From NCBI GenBank assembly GCA_034521595.1, contig JAXHMG010000003.1:128001-192000 (forward strand): a stretch of 64,000 nt of DNA, given 5' to 3'. Below the pieces are notes generated by a model. That model was given only the letters and a program-made list of their open reading frames with translations, was not told the origin of the DNA and did not search any database. Below, in pieces: positions 59,809 to 64,000 of this stretch; within the stretch, counting starts at the first letter, position 1; the number at the start of each line of letters is the position of its first letter. Made by a program: the position numbers and the translations under genes. The DNA is from Gemmatimonadota bacterium. Lineage in GTDB: Bacteria > Gemmatimonadota > Gemmatimonadetes > Longimicrobiales > Gaopeijiaceae.

Positions 59809-60767
59809 TCACCAGAACGTCCAGGACCCCGTGACCAGGACCCATCCTCCGAGGATCGCGTTGGTGACCGCATGGGCGATCACGGGGACCCAAAGGTTGG
59901 CGGTGCGAAGGTAGAGCCACCCGTAGCAGCCCGTGGCAGAAGTCTGGTGGGTCGCGCACGAGGGTCTTGCGGATTGTACAAGGAAGAGCGACGATGCGAT
60001 GCCGAAGCATGGGAGGAGCTATGACGCCACGATGCCACCCGTGCCCTTCGGTTGGGCGGCACGGCCCCATCTCCGTCGTTGCCACTCCTTGACGTAGCTC
60101 AGGGCTATGCCTTCGTCGTGTCGCCTAGGGTCTGGGGCCGTGGCGCTCCCAACGCGACCCACCAGACTTCTGCCACGGGCTGCTAGGCCAGGCCCGCTAG
60201 GAAGCCGGCGAGCCAAAGGTGGTGCTCCGTGGCGAAGAGAGCGGAGCTGATCAGGAGCGGAACCACGCCGACCGCCGACGGATGGACTCCCTTGAAGCGG
60301 GGATGCTCGAGCCACCGCAAGATGAAGGAGCGCCAAAAAAGCTCCTCCATCACCGGAACTACGAGCGTCGCGCCGAAGAGCCGCACGAATGCGAGGCCGA
60401 TCAGGAGCCGTCCCGTCTCGTTCCGTGGGTCGAAACCCTCGCTCTCGCCGATCACCCACGGGGGGAAGTCGAGTCGGATCCACACGGCGAACACTCCGGC
60501 ACCGAGAGCGAGGGCGAGTAGAAGGTGCTGCGGACCGGGCATCGGCGAATCCCGGAGCTCGGTATAGCCGGGCCACAGGTACATCAACGCCGCCAGGGGG
60601 AGCGCCACCTGCAAGGCGTACAGCCACCGAGGGTCGTACGCCTCCGGGAGAACGGCCCGAAGCGCCGGCTGCAGCGCCAACAGCAGGATGTAGAGCGCGA
60701 AGGGAGCGATCCGCCCGGCCGCGTCCCGGTAGCGTGAGTTGACGGGAAGCTCCCCCCCGGGCTTCAG
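59809..60767 (-). pseudogene. CAAX prenyl protease-related protein (PEP-CTERM-system type), interrupted by a MITE
   Basis: N-part ..VPVMEELFWRSF..FATEH..AGLA stops at 60183; C-part YGWLYLRT..AHAVTN..WTFW* resumes at 59925-59809. Confidence 0.9.
59926..60183. mobile_element. 258-bp non-autonomous MITE
   Basis: Perfect 31-bp terminal inverted repeats GCAGCCCGTGGCAGAAGTCTGGTGGGTCGCG; TA on both sides; removal restores the host reading frame. Confidence 0.92.
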
Positions 60768-62377
60768 AAGATCGGGCCGCGAATATAGGTGTCGGAGCGG
60801 GCCCAGGCATCTTCGAACGCATCGCGCACCCGGTCGGCTTCCGAATCCTTCCCTTGGGCCCGCAACGCGGTCTCCAGGCCGTACAACGACCATCCGTTGT
60901 TGGGATGATCTTCGAGCTCACGTTCGAAGACCCGGGCCGCTTCGTCGTGGCGGCCCGCTTCGTTCAAGGCATCGCCGAGCCAGTGGCGAACCGAGAAGTT
61001 CAATGGCTCGGGCTCGTCGTATCGGAGCGTGTCCTCGAGGTCGGCCCCGGCTCTCAACGTTTCGATCGCGGCGGACAGCTCCCCGTTCGCGCGCAGGATC
61101 TCACCTTCGAGAATGGCGGCGACGGTCCCGAGGAGCTGGTCCGCCGTGTGGCCTCGGAAGCTCGTGTCCTCGGAGCTTTCTTCAATGGTGCTGCGCAACC
61201 GGTGCAGATACCAGCGTGCTGTTCCCTCGTCACCGCTCCGGAGGTGCGCGTAGCCCTTTCCAAAGTCCCAGAGACCTCGGAAGATCGGGTTGTCGGGGGG
61301 ATCCCGAAGCTCGAGGATCTCGTCGAACCGACCGAAGCGCAGCAGGGTCAGGACGTGGTAGAAGCTGCCTCCGTCCATGAGCTTCGCATAGTCCTTGCCG
61401 GCCTGGATCGCGATGGCGCCCTGACCGTCGTTCGAGGCGGCGAAGAGGAGCATGTGGAGGTTGTGTGAGGGGTAGATGGCGAAGCCCTCACCGTGCCGTG
61501 CCTTCAGGTCCGAGTGCCACGCATCGATGTTGGCGCGCACGGCGTCCCCCCAACGGCCGATCCGGTTGTACGTGTGGGACGGCATGTGCTGGATGTGGCT
61601 CGCACCCGGAATCGCGGAGCCCAGGAAATTCGCACAGGCCTCGGCTTTTTCCGGGCGCTCGGTGGGTTCCGTCGAGTGGATGTAGAGGTGACAGGCGCCG
61701 GGGTGCTCGATGTCCTGTTCCAGAACGGATTGCAGGACCTCGTGGATCTCCTGCACCTCCGGGTTCTCGATATCCCAGAGCCCGCGGCGGGGCTGGAGGA
61801 GCATCAAGGCCTCGCCCGCCAGGAATCCGGCGTCCAGGTCGGCGGGGAAGCGCTCGTATACCGTCATGACCGTGTCGGCCCAGCGCTCGTCGAGCATGCG
61901 TCGACGCTCGGGATCGTGCTCGGGTTCGTAGCGCACGGCCATCGCTTCGATCAGGGCCTGCTCGACCGGAGTGGTGTTCCCCTCCATGGTTTCGAGGGCT
62001 TTCTGAATGGCCGCGTGCGCTCTCGGGGCGTCCACGGAGGTCATGGGGCCGTTCAGGTAGGGGCCCCAAGCCCACGCTTCACCGAAGTAGCACATCGCGC
62101 ACTCCGGATCGAGCTTCCAGGCTTCCCGGAAGGAGCGAGCCGCGGCCGTCGGATCGAAGGCATAGAGGAGCTGGATGCCTTGATCGAAGTATGCCTGAGC
62201 TTCAGGCGAGGCGGTCGTGATCGGGCGGGAGAAGGGCCCGAGCCCGCCGCCGTCGTGGTGCAGGGGCATGGGCTCCGAGAAGGAAGCGGGCAGGATGGCG
62301 CCGCTCTCCTGTCCGTTGGCGGCAAGCGGAACCGTCAAGAACAACGTGGTGAGAGCCACGAGCGCACGATGAAACAT
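60764..62377 (-). CDS. secreted TPR-repeat protein
   Basis: SD AAGGAGGT; signal peptide; AQAYFDQG, CAMCY, HPGACHLYIH, HMPSH.Y, HPNNGWSL. Confidence 0.85.
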   Translation of the reverse strand: MFHRALVALTTLFLTVPLAANGQESGAILPASFSEPMPLHHDGGGLGPFSRPITTASPEAQAYFDQGIQLLYAFDPTAAARSFREAWKLDPECAMCYFGEAWAWGPYLNGPMTSVDAPRAHAAIQKALETMEGNTTPVEQALIEAMAVRYEPEHDPERRRMLDERWADTVMTVYERFPADLDAGFLAGEALMLLQPRRGLWDIENPEVQEIHEVLQSVLEQDIEHPGACHLYIHSTEPTERPEKAEACANFLGSAIPGASHIQHMPSHTYNRIGRWGDAVRANIDAWHSDLKARHGEGFAIYPSHNLHMLLFAASNDGQGAIAIQAGKDYAKLMDGGSFYHVLTLLRFGRFDEILELRDPPDNPIFRGLWDFGKGYAHLRSGDEGTARWYLHRLRSTIEESSEDTSFRGHTADQLLGTVAAILEGEILRANGELSAAIETLRAGADLEDTLRYDEPEPLNFSVRHWLGDALNEAGRHDEAARVFERELEDHPNNGWSLYGLETALRAQGKDSEADRVRDAFEDAWARSDTYIRGPIF

Positions 62378-62525
62378 CCGTAACCTCCTTCGGCGACTGA
62401 CGAGTGCGGGGCAACATGAGGCAATCTGTTCGTCCGACCGAACCGCGTCCAGCGGCCGGCTCTGGCAGGATGGGCCTCGGGATCGCACGTTGTGCTGACC
62501 ATGTACCCGGGACCGGAGGGGAAGA

Positions 62526-63812
62526 ATGCCGCCGTTCGATGGATCGTCGCTCTCGCGCCGTGCTTGGTTGACCACGACCACGGGGGTGATCGCCGCCGGA
62601 GTGCTCAAGACGCAGTCGGACGCCTTGCGGCTGGACGCGCAGGAGGCTCCGGCCGGCGCTTCCGATGACCCTCCTCCGGATCCGGATCCGACGAAGGTGC
62701 CCGGCCGAATCGTTTCGGAAGTGGGCTCCAGGGCTCCGGGGGAGCAGCCGAAGCGGATCTTGAGGTCGGAAGAGCTGTCGAGCTCGTCTCGTTGCCCGCT
62801 GCAGGACTTTCACGGGATCATCACGCCTTCCGACCTCCACTTCGAGCGGCACCACGCCGGTGTTCCCACGATCGGGGCCGAAGACCACGAGCTCCTGGTG
62901 CACGGCATGGTCGAGCGGCCGATGGTCTTTCGCATGGCGGACCTGAAGCGCTATCCCTCGGTGTCGCGCATCTACTTCATCGAGTGCTCGGGGAATGGTG
63001 GCGGGATCTACAACCGTGACCGGATGCCGTCCGAGGTCACGGTGCAACAGATCGACGGTCTCGTCAGCACGAGCGAGTGGACCGGCGTGCCGCTGGCCTG
63101 GATCCTGCGCGAAGTCGGCGTGCGTCCGGGGGCGAGCTGGCTTCTCGCGGAGGGAAGCGACGCCGCGGCGCTCGCGCGGAGCGTCCCGATCGAGAAGGCG
63201 ATGGACGATGCGCTCCTCGCCTACGGACAGAACGGGGAGGCGATCCGGCCGGAGCAGGGTTATCCGCTCCGCCTCATGCTTCCGGGCTGGGAGGGGAACC
63301 CACAGGTGAAGTGGCTGCGTCGGATCGAGGTGACCGACCGACCGACGATGACGCGGGAAGAAACCTCGAAGTACACGGATCCTCTCGGCGATGGAACGGC
63401 GCGGCAATTCAGCTTCGTCATGGACGCGAAGTCCGTGATCACCTTTCCGTCGTACCCGTATGTGCTCCCGGAACACGGTTGGTGGGAGATCAAAGGACTC
63501 GCGTGGACAGGCCGTGGCCGCATCACCCGCGTGGAGGTGAGCACCGACGGGGGGCGTCGGTGGGTCGATGCGGAGCTGCAACAGCCCGTCCTGCCGCTGG
63601 CCACGGTTCGTTTCCGGCATCTTTGGAACTGGGACGGCCGGGAGACGGTGATCCTGAGTCGGGCCACCGACGAGACCGGCTACGTGCAGCCGACGGTGCA
63701 TCAACTCTGGGAAGCGCGCGGGGAACGGACCTCTTACCACCAGAACCATCAGCGTGCGTGGCGGGTCGCCTCGGACGGCGCGGTGACCTTCGGCCTGGGA
63801 GATCTCGTATGA
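62526..63812 (+). CDS. soxC: sulfite/sulfane dehydrogenase molybdoprotein subunit
   Basis: Tat motif SRRAWL; GIITP..LHFERHHAG, ECSGN, WTGV, EQGYPLR, KWL, GLAW.GRG, SRA.DETGYVQP. Confidence 0.9.
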   Translation: MPPFDGSSLSRRAWLTTTTGVIAAGVLKTQSDALRLDAQEAPAGASDDPPPDPDPTKVPGRIVSEVGSRAPGEQPKRILRSEELSSSSRCPLQDFHGIITPSDLHFERHHAGVPTIGAEDHELLVHGMVERPMVFRMADLKRYPSVSRIYFIECSGNGGGIYNRDRMPSEVTVQQIDGLVSTSEWTGVPLAWILREVGVRPGASWLLAEGSDAAALARSVPIEKAMDDALLAYGQNGEAIRPEQGYPLRLMLPGWEGNPQVKWLRRIEVTDRPTMTREETSKYTDPLGDGTARQFSFVMDAKSVITFPSYPYVLPEHGWWEIKGLAWTGRGRITRVEVSTDGGRRWVDAELQQPVLPLATVRFRHLWNWDGRETVILSRATDETGYVQPTVHQLWEARGERTSYHQNHQRAWRVASDGAVTFGLGDLV

Positions 63813-64000
63813 GGCGCGGGCCGGGGGGAACGCTGATGGCCGCGCTCGCAGGGGTGCTGCTGGCCGCTTGTGGTGACGAGGAGGCGGTGTCGGGGAGCTC
63901 TCCGGCCACCGTGGACGCGGCGGGCTCGGCGTACGAGCTGCCGCCCGACGCCCCGGAGCGTTTCGCGTTCGGACGCCCCGCCTCGCCAGAGCGCGTCGAT
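63809..64000 (+). CDS. soxD: SoxD-like cytochrome c subunit, 3'-partial, lipoprotein
   Basis: ATGA overlap with soxC; LAAC lipobox; FAFGRPASPE resembles the SoxD N-terminal motif; haem motif not reached. Confidence 0.65.
   Translation, partial: MRRGPGGTLMAALAGVLLAACGDEEAVSGSSPATVDAAGSAYELPPDAPERFAFGRPASPERVD

Overview
High-GC bacterial chromosomal window, densely coding, about 52 CDS. The gene mix suggests a Gemmatimonadota-like lineage (inference only). I saw no rRNA, tRNA, CRISPR array or transposase. Housekeeping genes include a DEAD-box helicase, ilvE, purE/purK, thrA, nadA/nadC, an FKBP PPIase, yhbY, a sirtuin and soxCD. Most notable observations: (1) an orphan KaiB homolog with no kaiC nearby, whose C-terminus carries fold-switch-type residues; it is coupled to a hybrid kinase in a phosphorelay island that also encodes a GGDEF+HD-GYP enzyme (a possible 'split SasA'); (2) an unannotated Val/Leu leader-peptide attenuator before ilvE; (3) a 258-bp MITE with perfect 31-bp inverted repeats and a TA duplication that splits a PEP-CTERM-associated CAAX protease gene and contains two inverted copies of a structured motif; (4) a qhpG/F/E-like peptide-maturation cassette without precursor or structural genes; (5) three genes that appear to start at CTG inside CTGA stop/start overlaps; (6) an itaconate/mesaconate-type CoA trio inside an M14 peptidase operon; (7) a DUF1592/DUF1552/ankyrin cytochrome operon; (8) tandem lipoprotein HpcH-fold enzymes, one frameshifted. 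All family calls come from motif recognition by eye, not database searches.
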